DNA of 64,000 nucleotides from assembly GCF_001194135.2 (NCBI RefSeq), contig NC_068986.1, positions 77,275,003-77,339,002 on the forward strand, in the 5' to 3' direction. The DNA comes from Octopus bimaculoides (Eukaryota). The notes under the pieces were generated by a model. That model was not told the DNA's origin and searched no databases. It was given only the letters and a program-made list of their open reading frames with translations. This document shows, piece by piece, positions 12,001-24,670 of the stretch (within the stretch, counting starts at the first letter, position 1; each line of letters begins with the position of its first letter). Position numbers and translations under genes: made by a program.

Positions 12001-14296
12001 TGGTCTCACTTGGCTTGCCGAGTCTTCTCATGCACTGCAGATTTCCAAAGGTCTCGGTCACAGTCATGTTATTTTAATCAGAAAATTCAGGTGACTAAAT
12101 AATTTCTTAATGACATATGTATTTTGTATAATCCTAATACTAATGTTTGTAGACTTTTAATATTGTTATAACTCAAATGAATTCTAAATCATTTTGCTGT
12201 CTTGAATTCATGTATAGTATTAATGATACCTAATTTAAAATAGTGTATGACTTCTAATTTATAATACAATAACCTATAATTATTGGGATTTTTTCTATTT
12301 CTAGGAACCATACCACAAACTTGTTATTGATAAAAGTACCTTTGACTGATATCAACGAAAATTGTTGTAATATACCAACAGCTATGAATTTGGAAGTAAG
12401 TAAAAAAAAACTCTATTTTGCATTAAACACTTTATATTTTAAAATTTTGTCATGATAGTTTAATAGTGAAGTACTGGCTTATCAGTTATCTCTATAGTTA
12501 CATAAAGCACTGTATGTTTCTGATAAAATGTAGTGGGACAGCAGCTATTGTGATTTGGTCGCATCAAATTTGTACAGAGCAGTGGGGGAAGAGGGAGAGA
12601 GAGCATGCCTTTCAAAAACCAACTGTATGTTGGAGTGAACAGCATTGTTTTTCAGTTACACAAAAGCACAGTGAAGCTATATCAGAAAGGTATGTGTGTT
12701 GCACCTTGTTTGCTGACTGACTGCATGAGTGCCATAGGCTTGCTCCATCAGAGCTGATATAAGGCTACACAGCATCAAAATTAGCAGTTTATATGATACG
12801 GGTTGGAATAGAAATATATATTGTATACGTGACTTTTGAGTGATCTTTGTCAATGCATTTTGACCTTTTGACTTGAAAATGTTTAATAAAAATTCACATA
12901 GTTTGAACAGGAGAGATGACCTGGAGATTGTGTTATTTAGTGGGGGGTCAGTCAACTAATATTTTAAATCGTTAATTTCTGAGAAGAAAACAAAAGTAAG
13001 GATGAATTTCTAGAGAAAAAGGATTAGTCCAGTGATTAATTGTTGACCATCCCCTTCTTTCTATTTAAGAAATGGTCTACTTAAGACCACTTGATCTAAC
13101 AAATCTTATGATGCTAGGGGAAATTTTGCGATTATTTATAACAGGTTGTGCAAACATGTAGAGGCTAGCTTCTTTATGATTGTTGGAGTAAAAGAGGGAA
13201 GTTGACTTACCTGGAGGTCAGAGGAAGCTAGGGAATGGATGTGTCAAGTGCATTAGGTGCAGGTTGATATTTCATGAAGAACAGCCCATTGTATTAGAAG
13301 ATGTAGTCAGAGATCAGTTTGATGGTGGGACAATGTTTGGAGAATGTTGATGTAATTTCTTGAATGCCTGTTTAGTGTTTGGAAGGGGATTGATGACAAA
13401 GCTCAGTCGTTCAACACCTTAAGCACTGGTCCACCATGGCAATTGTAGCTTACATCAGGAAGAATTTGCAATGTAGTTATGACATCTATTTCAAAGTATA
13501 CAGTTATCCAAATTACCATACAAAAGCACATAGAATATTGACCCAAAATTTATACTTCTAATTCTTTTTTTTTTCTTTTTTTTTTTTTTAAGGGTCATGT
13601 AATATTTCCAGTATTATTTAAAGAGGGCTTGCAACTAGGAAGCTTTGTTGCTTTGAATCCAACAACATCGACGGTCAGCAAACTACTTTCATATGAAAAG
13701 ATTCCACACTTCAATACAAGGTATGAATTCTATAACCTTCTTTCAATTACATTGCTCTAAATGTTACAATTTTTATTCTTTTGTTGATGCTGATGTAGAT
13801 TTTTATGACTTTTGTGGTTTCGATCTTAGAATTGCAACTGCAACATTGTCAATCACTTTACAGCTTGGACTGGGTACATTTTATTGCACCCTTCCTCTCA
13901 GCCCTAGACAGATTATCTACCATTACCAAATAGACCCATATTAGAATGTATATTTCGACTGATATTTTCTTATGCATATTCACATTGTCTGTTAATAATT
14001 TTTGCTTGGATTTATTTCATGTCCTCTTAGATAAAAACGTCTGCTTCAGTATGAAAATATACTTTTTTTTTTCTTTTCCATTTTTTAGCTTGAAACTGAC
14101 GTCAGCTCATGTATTTGACAAAACATTTGTGTCATTTAATGAAAATATCCTTGGACTTTGGGACCTGTTCTCTGGTTATTTAATGGCATCTATTTATTGT
14201 TCTAATATTTCTAGCGTCACAGTTTTCCATTCTGTCAATCAATTATGGCTTATAACAAGTCAGAAAGGAGGTTGCATACACTGGTATAGCTCATAA
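1890..14296 (+). CDS. PALB2: PALB2-like (partner and localizer of BRCA2), 3' portion: join(1890..3035,3660..3839,9572..9744,10985..11206,12305..12395,13593..13720,14089..14296); 5' exons not found in window
   Basis: Seven GT-AG exons splice in phase to 2148 nt (715 aa + stop). The C-terminal part matches the PALB2 WD40 propeller as recalled for human: LLSLAAIQRLPAGLIGLTVTNVLLIWN ~ [35 protein letters not shown] ~ LIVINPKT; LGLWDLFSG ~ IAIWDLLLG; QKGGCIHWYSS* ~ QKDGNIFVYHYS*. Confidence 0.85.
3660..3839 (+). CDS. PALB2: PALB2-like exon, start of WD40 region (IPDNNEVV...WHIIYQWKVSDY)
   Basis: ttttacag acceptor, gtaagt donor at 3840, 180 nt; LFWTYTKNEDWHIIYQWK ~ PALB2 SLWKALDAWQWEKLYTWH. Confidence 0.85.
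4230..4440 (-). mobile_element. RTE/BovB-type LINE, endonuclease N-terminal fragment
   Basis: NLYIAQCYVRTLEEHTTLMASELEIYNINIVDL ~ RTE consensus IxTWNVRTL...TALVARELxRYNIDIAAL. Confidence 0.55.
4478..4704. mobile_element. piggyBac-type MITE (TTAA...TTAA), family A
   Basis: TTAACCC...AGGTTAA ends; homologous in opposite orientation to 46431-46606 (GATATCAAC segment). Confidence 0.6.
5289..5600 (-). mobile_element. RTE-type 3' tail / SINE tail
   Basis: Reverse complement of the recurrent tail gtggttggcattaggaagggcatc...catgccagcatggaaaacagacgttaaa seen many times in the window. Confidence 0.7.
5747..7008 (+). mobile_element. hAT (Buster/Charlie, ZBED5/SCAND3-like) transposase relic, internally deleted, in PALB2 intron
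   Basis: QYSEAYLKFGF; ASYEISLLIAKCGKNHTIGEDLIKP; SLQMDEST; C-terminal LLPFPSSYLAECGFS dimerisation motif; many frameshifts. Confidence 0.85.
7047..9081. repeat. Unclassified composite repeat with ~175-bp direct repeats (7047-7218, 8902-9081) and internal degenerate tandem repeats; spans N-gap 7983-8320
   Basis: Shared ctgccccactcattatgtctgt...gcccacttctctggct...gtcctccacaac; ~115-bp dimer at 7263-7485; ~45-60-bp units at 8660-8900. Confidence 0.55.
7983..8320. other. Assembly gap (others: 21140-21658, 26680-26738, 57436-57445, 61865-61915, 63527-63559)
   Basis: Runs of N. Confidence 0.99.
9572..9744 (+). CDS. PALB2: PALB2-like WD40 exon (LEECSTASLHPYESAVCVAVLG...)
   Basis: ttttcag acceptor, gtatgt donor at 9745, phase 0/2; AVCVAVLG ~ PALB2 LVCVALG. 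Not in the ORF track. Confidence 0.8.
10100..10820 (-). mobile_element. Degenerate LINE 5' fragment (ORF1-like plus start of endonuclease)
   Basis: Minus-strand LNFNAQSL at ~10270 resembles the APE start; otherwise heavily decayed. Confidence 0.3.
10985..11206 (+). CDS. PALB2: PALB2-like WD40 exon (IIYCSLNSFEL...NVLLIW)
   Basis: ttttacag acceptor, tg|gtaaat donor, phase 2/2; strong motif match. Confidence 0.88.
11460..12070 (-). mobile_element. RTE-type LINE 3' UTR with internal ~60-65-bp tandem units
   Basis: Colinear with 52530-53130, which is attached to RTE coding sequence. Confidence 0.75.
12305..12395 (+). CDS. PALB2: PALB2-like WD40 exon (NHTTNLLLIKVPL...MNLE)
   Basis: tttctag acceptor, gtaagt donor, phase 2/0, 91 nt. 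Confidence 0.82.
13593..13720 (+). CDS. PALB2: PALB2-like WD40 exon (GHVIFPVLFK...[17 protein letters not shown]...)
   Basis: Long polyT + taag acceptor, ag|gtatga donor, phase 0/2. Confidence 0.82.
14089..14296 (+). CDS. PALB2: PALB2-like terminal coding exon (LKLTSAH...GCIHWYSS*)
   Basis: ttttttag acceptor, phase 2, stop TAA 14294-14296; candidate AATAAA at 14636. Confidence 0.85.
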
Positions 14297-14521
14297 CACA
14301 CTTTGACAATGTTTTAAGACATAAAGTGTCTGGTATATAATATTGCAAACTTTCTTTATCAAGAAAGAAAGAAAAAAGGAATTCACCAATACAATTTCTC
14401 CTGAATTTCAGTTCTGTATATATAAAATCATTTATTTATAGAGATATGTGAAAGTGGAGGAGAAAGAACAGAGGATGAAATATAACAGCAAAGCAATGTT
14501 ATTTTCACTTCCTCCTAGAAC

Positions 14522-14522
<1 letters not shown>

Positions 14523-14572
<50 letters not shown>
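14523..14572. repeat. Poly(T)50 homopolymer
   Basis: Seen directly. Confidence 0.95.
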
Positions 14573-14573
<1 letters not shown>

Positions 14574-16765
14574 TTTTAGTGTCATGAAATTTTAGTTTTC
14601 TAATGAACTTATCTTCAGTAGTTCCAGTACAATTAAATAAAACTTTAAGATTATGATCACAAAGAAAGACTCAAATATTTGGTTAATGTGCTGGGCTAAT
14701 AATTGCATGATTTCAAGCTGTTAAGGAACCATTAAAAAAAAAAAATCTATTTTGTTGTATAGACTCAGGTTATCTTCTGCTTGAGCAGTTTTATGACGAA
14801 TGATATTCCAGCCATCATAAGTTTTATGTTTTGGTATATCATGGACTTGTCTAATGATTTTTATTTTTTTTGTTTGAAATGATTAGGTGGAAATTTGGGT
14901 GTTATTTCTAGCAGGTTGAAAATCTCCATAGGGATGGCCTGTGGAGTTTTGTTTTGTGTCTTTAGCAAGATATATAACCCTACTTGACTCAGTTTGCTGG
15001 CCTGATATATTCTCTTAGACTGGGTGTTTTGTGGTAGAAAAAAAAGCAGTCAGCTACAGAGTCAGTTGCTCCAATTTGTAAATCAGTAGAGGAGGGAAAG
15101 AATGATCAGTAGGAGCTGCAGAGAGATAGTGCCAATGAGATGTCCAAGTAGCCCCTTAAGGTATGAGGTGAGAAGTGGATGGGATGATTTGCGAGATTGT
15201 ATGGAGAAGAGGAGGAGATGGGGAGGTACCTTACAATTATTATAAAAAAAACAGGTGAGGAGGCTGAAGATTGATGAGTCATGGCAGATAGGATGCAGAT
15301 AAATGTAGGGTGAGATGGGGAGAAATGACAGACAGTAATGGTGTAGTTGACAGTGGGATAACAAGAGATAAGGTGGGGTACACTGCAGGAGAAGTTGGGG
15401 AAGAGGTAGATGTAGTGCATGATGAGAGTAGTTTGGGTTAGTGGCAGTAGAGTGAATTAGTGTGTCAGTAGAGAGCACAATATCCACACTGCTTCCAAAA
15501 CTCAGTTTTACTGGGGTGGGTATATCTTTCTGAGAACTTCAGGTCTGACATCTCAGTCCTTACACACACGCTCACAATGCTTTGGCTGAGTAGGAGCTAT
15601 AGTAGAAGACACATGCTCAGGTTGCTATCCAGTGGTACTAAACCCCAAACCATGTAATTGGGATGCAGACTTTTTAACCACTCAGCCATTTCTGCACCTG
15701 TATTATGTTATTGATAATACCTAGAAGGCATTTCTTTTCCATTCACCAAAGTGAAAGGAGCTTTGGCCAGGAGGAATTGATGTCATCAGATGGTATCCCA
15801 CAATCATTGGGTGTTTTGTCTCTGAACTGTGATACCCTCCTGTTGGTGGGTCAGCAAAAGTGGCCAAATCACTGCTCATCATCTCTTGGCTTCCAGGTTA
15901 ATTTCTCTCTCTTGCTCTATAACTTGCAAGAAATTCTTTTTGCTGCCTCTTCCATCCTGTGCACGACCACCCTTCACTCTTTCCTTTCATTCCGGTGGTT
16001 GTAAGCATCCTTCACACTGACCAGCAGGGAATCCCCTACAGCTAATCTTGACTGAGAAAAGCAATAACTACCATCCCTTCTTCATGCAATCCTACAGAAG
16101 GCTCTTGTATTTGGCAGATTTCCATTCAAAGGCCTAATCACATCCTTCTTCACATGGGACTGCCAGACATTTTGCTTATGAGAAACCTACTACTGCTGAA
16201 GTGATGTCAACTAGAATTACATGTTCATACATGTGTCCACACATATTCATGTGATGGGTTTTTGCCTACCAAATTACAAGTCATTGGAATTGAAATTTAA
16301 TAGAGGCTATAGTAGAAATTTGCCCAAAGTATCATGGTTGGTTTGAACCAGAAACCATGTGTTTGCAAAACGAACTTCTTAACCATGCAGCCATACATGC
16401 TTGTGTATATGCATGCATGTTAACATACATGAACTAGCATCAGCTGTACAGGTTCTCGTGCTTTCATCATTCTAGTGCTTTTGGTCTTTTATTAACTTGG
16501 CATTCAAATTGCTCTTGATAATTCTCTCTACTTACACACTCCTGCTGTGATACAGAATTTTAAAAATAAGACTCTTAAAAGCAGAGAGAGTTTGCTGCTA
16601 TTTCTTGTTGGTTAAACAATTGTATAGAAGCTCCCTTGTTGGTTTAACATTGCAAAGTTACTTTTAGCTATGTCAGCAGAAAGTGTCTATAAATTCTTGT
16701 TTATTGAAATGTGAATTATATCTATTGTTTTTCCTGGGTTCATTACTGCAGTCAGTGTTATCAAG

Positions 16766-16875
16766 GTGGTGAGCTGGCAGGATTGTTATCATGCCAAGTA
16801 AAATGCTTAGCTGTATTTTGTCTGTCTTCTCATTCTGAGTTCAAATTCTGCCAAGGTTGACTTTACCTTTCATCC
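16766..16875 (+). mobile_element. tRNA-derived SINE fragment (ggtggtgagctggcag...gagttcaaatt...ttcatcct family)
   Basis: A/B-box-like head; homologous to 47121-47337, 51615-51819, 520-615 and (reverse) 1672-1765. Confidence 0.7.
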
Positions 16876-17049
16876 TGAGACTGGAGGGAAGAAGCTAGCC
16901 TCAAATCAGAGGTCTGGCATTTGAATGCTTCTAACAAAATGTCAGCTGATGTTAAACTGGGTAATGGTTTTTACTTGCTCACTCTGAAAGAGGTTGCAAT
17001 ACCCATGACTCTTATATGCCTTCCAAAATTGTAATAGACCCCATTTTCT

Positions 17050-19500
17050 GTTTAAACTGTTGCAGGTCAGCATCTATGGGCTCCACTTGAGCAGGTGGAG
17101 ATAGTCCAGAGGATCGATGTTCTGAAGAAAGGGTTTAATGGTTAATGTGGGGCTGGTGGGTGGATATAACAAGGGTAACAAAAGACATCTGAGTGGTGAA
17201 AGTACAAGGCCAACTAGCTCCAAGAAGCAGAACCCATTATAGTGTACTGTCTCTGGATTTGGTCCAGGATGTCATTATGTATAGCATCTACTTCATCCCA
17301 GATGTGAGAAGTACTCTATTGTGGACCTCATTTGAGCCTTGGGGAGTATCAGTCACTGTTGGGAACAGAAATATTTGCTGATCCTAAAGAGAAGGTTTAG
17401 TTTTGGGGGATGTGATCCTAATTATGTTTTTTTTTTTTTTCCTCGAAATCTTTAATGACAGTGAGGCCTGACGCTTGGAGTGACTGTGAGGGCTCTTGTT
17501 GAGTGCTGCTCATGTTTAGAGGGGACTGTGGTGTAGTAATGTTTTCTTGATATGAGTAGTGCTTGATTTTTTTTTGTTGCATGACTTCACTGGAGGATGA
17601 TCTCAAGGTCTCTGTTTATGGAATTGGTGAAGATTTGGTATGTGGTATCCATGCGTGTGTGTGTGACTGAGGAAGGAACAGTGTTGTGTCATCAGCATGA
17701 GTGGACATTGCTGGATGTGGTGGTAAATTGGTCAAGATGTAGAAGGAAGAGATTAGGGAACAAAACTGAACCCTGAAGAGTTCCAGAATTAAGAGTAGGG
17801 GAGAAAGAGCTCCATCAATATATGCTCCAGTGGTGTAATCTGATAGAAAGCTACCCATCCAATAAGTTAGATAGGTGGAGACTGAAAATTGGTTTTGTTA
17901 GATTTGAATACCAAATATGCTGCCAGCTTTGCTAATCTCAAGAGCAACAACATTGTCAGAAACCACTGATATGTGATGTAAGAAATTATTTTCTCCAGTG
18001 GATATGGCTCTGCAAAAGCTAAACTGGTGGTCACTGAGGAAAAGGAGAGAGAGAAATTTAAGGTAAAGGAAAACATTTTTAATAGCTATCTCCACTATCT
18101 TGCAGATGTTAGCTGGGTTGGAGGTGTTTCCTTTTCTTAGAATAGGACACACTGAAGTCTATTTCTAAATGCCTGGGTATATCCCCTTAGAGAGTAAGAG
18201 ATTAATTAGGTGAGTATAGGGGCAAATTCAAGGATGCATTGTTTAAGTGTAATGGAAGGGGCATTGTCAGTGATTTGATTTGTTTAAGGTAGCAGAAAGT
18301 ATTTCTGCACATGGCATGTGTGTAAGTAGGGTGGGAAGGTTGTTAGAAGAGATTGGTCATGGGTATGTAGAGTGGGCTGTGAAGGTGGGTGCTTTCTCTG
18401 TAGCAGTACTGCTTAATGAGGCATCATTGTTTAGAAAAGGAAAAGAGGACTCTGCAAAGTCTGTAAAAATCCTTTTGGTAAAGATCAAAAGGGTTGACTA
18501 TAGTTTGAGAGGTGAGAAAGCTTGAGACCTTTGTAATGCATGAAGGCAACCTTTACACACCTGCTAGTGGATTTACAAGAGTTTCTACCCAGTTTTAAGG
18601 TGTAAGTTTCTCTGTGTTGTAGGTCTTGTTTTTTTTTTTTGTTTTTTTTAAAAACAAACAGCTGCAATGAAACTGTGTAGACTACTTGGGGTGTTTGAGA
18701 CAGTTTTTGTTGAGTGAGGAATGTGAAGAGATGTGGCTACAAGGATTATTTCAGTCATTTGTTTAGCTGTTTCTGAAGTATCAGGAGTGAAGCCAGTGTG
18801 CTGCTATGGCTAAGTGGCATAAAACTGGTGGAGCACCAACCACGTGACCAACTTGAGGTACCATAGGGTCCAAAGGGAAGGAGTTGTGTAGTATGTGACT
18901 GTATGGTGGGCAGTTGTGATCCAGTGGTTTGATGTCATATGTGCAGAGACAGTTATGGTTTCCTAGAGTTCTGAGGTAAGAGTTGAGGTCTTTTGAGTTA
19001 TGTAGCAGCTGAAATGAATTGGTGTAAAGAGTTCAGAATAGCAAATGATTTGGTTTCTTTACTGACAGCACTAGTGACGGAAGAGTGTAAGAGCTATGAT
19101 GAATTGTGAGCGTTGAAGTTACTGAGGCCAATAACTTCAGAGAGGGCACAAGTGAGATAGATGTTCTCAATACAGGAGGAGATATAATCAAAGAGTTGCT
19201 GATGATTTGAGGAATTAAGATACCCTATTCCCCCAAATATGTCTACGAGACTTTGAGCCAGAGTGAATGGAAGTCATTGTTGCTGAAATCTAAAGTAAAC
19301 TAGAGTCTGCATATGTGCAGACACCACCTTTTGGAGAGAAACTTGACTAGAGGGTGTATCCGAGACAGTAAAGGGATGATTGGTTTGCATGTGAATAAGA
19401 AGTGATACGTAGGATATATGTTGGAGCGAATTGATTGCTTTGATGATTTCAGATTTTAAGGGAAGTTCAAGCTGGTATTTATTTAAAGTGACCACAGGTC
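17050..19500 (-). mobile_element. Decayed APE-RT LINE ORF2 (Jockey/I/CR1-like group)
   Basis: Minus-strand remnants in the correct order: EN (EVIGLSNFNAHN ~ GDFNxH), RT (ICKIVEIAI, LSDHQFSF, GALSPLL, STHADDTTL), C-terminal SHIWD...LDQIQR. Confidence 0.7.
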
Positions 19501-21749
19501 ATCTTTCATTGGCATGGAAATGTTTCTAACTTTCCTTGGTCAAAAGTGAGTTGCCAGCCTCATCTTTAAGATTGGCACTGGTCGTTATTTGTCTGCCAAT
19601 CAGATGGTCTGTAGTATCAAAATATCTGCAGATCATTGGTGTTGGAAACGTTCTCTACAGCAACCTGATCATTTAATCATGACCTAGATTTGCCATGCAG
19701 ACTCTCCTCTTTGTATTAATGAGGCATTGATGGTCAGTTGTTTGTGAAGAGAGTTGTGGTCTGCTTTTACTGTTCTCTTCTGTGTGACTTGCTCTAGCCA
19801 TGATTCTTTGTGGAGATGTGACTGCTTCTTTCTTTTTCCCCATGCAGGCTGTTGGTTTTCAGTATTTTGATGATTGACTACAGATGCTTTATTAGTTGAT
19901 GTAATTAGATCTGGATGTTGTAGAAAGGATGATGGTTGATGTAGAAAGCTCTAAAGGAGCAATAATCAGCAAACTACAAATGCAGTTTTGGGAGACATGT
20001 ATATAACATTCTCCATGTTTTTCACTTTGAGTCCAAATGATTTTTTGGTCTGTACATTTCTTAACCTGGGTACATCATAATCAGACCGACAGTTTCAGAA
20101 ATTGAAAATACCACAGCAACTGAACTATTTAGTGTATGCATAGAAAAATAAATGATAAACTAAGTTGATGGGTGGAGACAAAAACTCCTCCCCAAAACTA
20201 GAAGTGATGTCAAGAGAGCCCAGATGTGTGTTGTTGATGAGAAGAAAATGGCTTGCATTTTTCTGGGGGTGGATGGCGGTCATCAGAATTTAATTTCTCT
20301 ACTTGTTTTGAATTCAAGTGAGTTAAGAGTAGTATTTTTTTCTCCATGAGCACCCTGGAATCTCTGCAGAAGGTTGATATTCAAAGGTAGAATGAGATTG
20401 TTAAAGTACAGTTTGTTACTGGTTTCCTTGATTACATTTTAGTAGAGATGCTGTAATTGCCAGATAGTGGAACCATGATTGTGGTAGATTTGGTGACCAG
20501 TGCTAGATTATTAAACAAAACTCAAAATCTTGCAGCAGTGGCCATGATGGGACAATATAGTGAGATGACATACTTTAAGCAGAAATAAAAAGTGGGACAA
20601 CTGAACATTCCAAAAGAGGTGTTTTAAGTGTTGAGGGCCACATATGGTCAAGGAATTTCAAGAGCCCAGCCTAAATTGTTTTACTACTGATGGAATAGGA
20701 CAGGTTTTGTAGCCAAGGATATGGTCAGTCATGTGCCAAGAGCCACCCCATCATCAAGTACAGGCATTTCTTTATTGCCCACAATGAAAGTTTTGGTGAG
20801 GGGGAAAGAGGGGATCGATATTATCGATATGGATTGCATAGTCACTACAATGACTAAAGATGATACACCAGACGAGAGCCCATCTCACAGCCGGGATGAC
20901 CTTAATTATCGTTAAAAAAAAAAGAAACAACTAAAAAAGATGAGACATATTTTCCTGTTTCTTCGACAATCATCGCTTTTTGTCATAGTCGTAATATTTC
21001 TTTTTTTTATTTAATTTTACGTCATTAGGTCATATATTTGGGGAAAATATTGATGTATCTTCCTCTTCGTCCAAAAAGAAAAAAAAGAAAGTTTGGAGCC
21101 ACTCACTTCTTCTCTCTCACCCATCCACTCTTCATCCAANNNNNNNNNNNNNNNNNNNNNNNNNNNNNNNNNNNNNNNNNNNNNNNNNNNNNNNNNNNNN
21201 NNNNNNNNNNNNNNNNNNNNNNNNNNNNNNNNNNNNNNNNNNNNNNNNNNNNNNNNNNNNNNNNNNNNNNNNNNNNNNNNNNNNNNNNNNNNNNNNNNNN
21301 NNNNNNNNNNNNNNNNNNNNNNNNNNNNNNNNNNNNNNNNNNNNNNNNNNNNNNNNNNNNNNNNNNNNNNNNNNNNNNNNNNNNNNNNNNNNNNNNNNNN
21401 NNNNNNNNNNNNNNNNNNNNNNNNNNNNNNNNNNNNNNNNNNNNNNNNNNNNNNNNNNNNNNNNNNNNNNNNNNNNNNNNNNNNNNNNNNNNNNNNNNNN
21501 NNNNNNNNNNNNNNNNNNNNNNNNNNNNNNNNNNNNNNNNNNNNNNNNNNNNNNNNNNNNNNNNNNNNNNNNNNNNNNNNNNNNNNNNNNNNNNNNNNNN
21601 NNNNNNNNNNNNNNNNNNNNNNNNNNNNNNNNNNNNNNNNNNNNNNNNNNNNNNNNNNAGTGTGAATAGCAATATAAAGGCAATTGATGGAAGATATGTT
21701 GTTCTGTAGAGTGAATAGTACTGAAATATGAATGTCAGTTCTGGTAATC

Positions 21750-22620
21750 ATAATTAAATGTGTTATGATTGCAGAGATTGGCAGTTGATGTGACACTAAA
21801 TCTGTGGTTATATGGGGAGATTAGGGTAGAGACTGATTAAATATGATGGGTACTGAATTACATTTCCTTGGCGAGAGGGGCCCAGTGAATGAAATATTTA
21901 CAGACAACTGTAGCACATTTCATCCAAAATTACTGAAGGGTTGCTAAACAAGTGGAATTTCAAATATTTCTTTTGAGAGAGTGGGAATTGTTTCCTAGAA
22001 AGAGACATCCATGAACAATTAAAGCCATGGTTGAAAGTATATGTATCTTTCCAATTAAAGCAGTGCTTTTGATGTTACCTAAGTGAAGGCAGATGGAACC
22101 TCTAAGAATGATGTATGAATATGAGTGTATTAATGTTGGGCATAGAAAAATGAAAGACCTACATTTGTCTCTGTTGGGGATGAGGTTTGGGTGAGGCCCC
22201 CTTGATGCCTGCCATACATTTCAATGGCACAAAGAACAATATTTGATAGAATGCCATGTCATATTTTGACTGTCTATAGCTAAAAGATGAAGATAATGGT
22301 GATAGTTGAAATACAGACAAGGCCAACATTGTAGCACTGCAAAAGTTAGAGGGAATTATGTCCACCTTGGCAAACAAGTGGCTATGAAATGATATGTGGT
22401 GGTGGTAGGTTAGAGTGAATTTTTCAATTGTTGATGGGTATACATCGAAATGGTTTATTAATTTTTCTGTTAGCTTGGTATGTGAAGTGATCTTTTGATG
22501 AGGAGTGGGGATCATGTAAATGTGATGAGCAGACAGGAAGTGAGCATAGAAATAGGAGATAAAAAGATGGGAGTGACCTAAGGAGAGCCAAACTGTTTGG
22601 AGTTGTTGAGGAAAAAAAAG
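21750..22620 (+). mobile_element. Gypsy LTR retrotransposon integrase relic with possible PPT and 3' LTR start
   Basis: RLAVDVT (first D), ERGPVNEIFTDN (second D), VGDEVWVRP, MPCHIL and PPW...YEM* pol-end motifs; purine tract gaggagtgggga at ~22499-22510. Confidence 0.7.
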
Positions 22621-22949
22621 CAGAACCTGCATCTTTTTCTGGCATTCATAATTTAAATTTTAATTTTTGGAATAGGATGATATTTGCTAAGGTAAAACCA
22701 ATTCAGTTGTCTTCATTTACTTACTCGTTCACTAAAAAACTTGTTTTGTTAGTTTAAATTATTGTGATCTCTGAAGCACCACCTTATAATATCTTATTGC
22801 CTTTGTGATTTTGATTTTTCTAGTGTTTGTGTATATGCATACACCAAGCATTTGTAGATAGTGTAGCAGTGAAACTGCTGAAAATAAGTCAATGATTATT
22901 CTCTGGTGATGATGACTCATGTAGTAACTTACCGTGGTGATCTCCAAAG

Positions 22950-23380
22950 AATCTCCCGACTTCTTTATTAAACAAGTGGGGTCTTTTAAGGCTCAGATTA
23001 TAATAATATACCATTTTCTCCATCTTTCAACTGTTTGGCAATTGACTGTATTTTCCTTTCTCTGTTTTTGTTTAGCTCCAGCCTTAAATTTGACCAAATC
23101 TGTCTTCTTTGGGTTATCTAAAACCATATTATCTATGTCCTTCCTAGTGATGCCTGTCCTCTTCTAAGGTATGGTTGGGCACTAGATTCTCTGTTGTAAG
23201 AAGCCTTTTTGTTTTTTTTTGATAGGTTTTATTTTTAATCCCTCTAGTTGCCCACATGTTGTTCTCATCCCAAGGAATTGGGTGGGGTTCATAACTGTGA
23301 GATGGGCTGCATATTAAATGACATTGTTTGGCTCCAGGCCAATCCTGATTAAGCAGATCTATGCTCCAAGGCATTTCAGT
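22950..23380 (-). mobile_element. LINE endonuclease fragment
   Basis: Minus-strand ...NSLG/WDENNMWATRG region resembles GDFNAHxxxWG...RG; highly decayed. Confidence 0.3.
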
Positions 23381-24670
23381 CATTTTAAAAGTATGCCTAG
23401 TATCACATACATTAATCAGTGTGTTCTTTCCTTTTGCAAAGCAGTAGGCTGTGATTTGAGGAAGATTTGGTTTCTATTTCTAGCAGGTTGAGCAAATACG
23501 TTTGTTGAGGCTCTCTTATTTCCTTGTTAGTTATATGGTGTCAGTAATAAGTAGAACCTGACCATAGGAAAGCGACATACTGAAAACAATGGAAGTTTTT
23601 TTTTCTCTACTTGTTAAAGAAAGATCTAAGTTAGTGAAGATAACTTTAATTCAGTTCAAAGAACAGTATAGACCTAAATGCAAAACACACAGTATAATGC
23701 AAAGCAGTGAACAGACAATGATTAAATATACTGAGGTGATTTTAAGTTTCAATTTCACAAAGAGAATAGGATAATTGTCTCATTTTGATCCATTCCTCTG
23801 TTGATAGAACTTTTATCTTAAAATCCATTCATAGAGTGGTTTGCTTGCTGGATTATGGTGGTTATACTGGATTTAGCTGTTGGGCAGCAGTTGAAAAAAA
23901 TATTCAGAAGGCCCATAAGGCTGTCAACAGTAAAGAAACTGGTTGGGTCTGCCTTCAACTGTCAGATTTTCCTGTGATGTGAACAGCCTGGTGCACTTTC
24001 AATCAGGTGTCAGAAGATGTAGCACCCACTGAGCAAAAACCTTCATCATGCCAAGTTCATTGTACAGAATATCTTCAACTCACTCATGGGATATGTCTTC
24101 AAATATGTTGCAAATGCACCATTCTTATGTCTTTCTTTATAATGTTGAACTAAATTTTTTTGTGAGATTGTTTCAGTGTTCATATTTTGTAGCTGAGTTT
24201 TTTGTTGTTAAATTCCAGCTCTGAAGTATATGGGACAGTTGGAATTGTAAAGTTTTGTAATTTGCTAATTTCATAAGTATTGGTATAGGAACAAAGATCA
24301 AATAGCCGTAAACTGCCAATTTGTATCTTGCTGTAGCAGAAGCACAATCAACAGCAGAACATATGAGAAGGGGTAACAACATCAACCGTGATCTGATAGC
24401 AATAGAATTAACTGTTGATTCTTTATTGTCTACAAAGGGACTAAACAAAAAGGGGACAGTACAGGACATTACAAAGTGGGGTAAAAATCGAATGAAAAAT
24501 GATTATATAAAAAGAAAGGTGAAATGATAGTTACCTGGGCCCCAAGACCCAGGTAACATCACTGAACATTTTTAAAATGTACATAAATTTTCAAAAGATT
24601 TTCTTTTTTATTTTGCTTGGTGTTGTTTGTGAAGTCACTACAGTTTTTATCTTTTCTTTTTTGAGTGTTT

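Noticed and set aside
22159-22632. 157-aa minus-strand ORF, first read as a LINE fragment
   Set aside because: The plus strand carries recognisable Gypsy integrase-end motifs; the ORF is its antisense shadow.
23500-24530. Moderately GC-rich stretch with short ORFs (23785-23982, 24321-24527)
   Set aside because: No recognisable motif; probably a decayed TE, but I cannot support any call.
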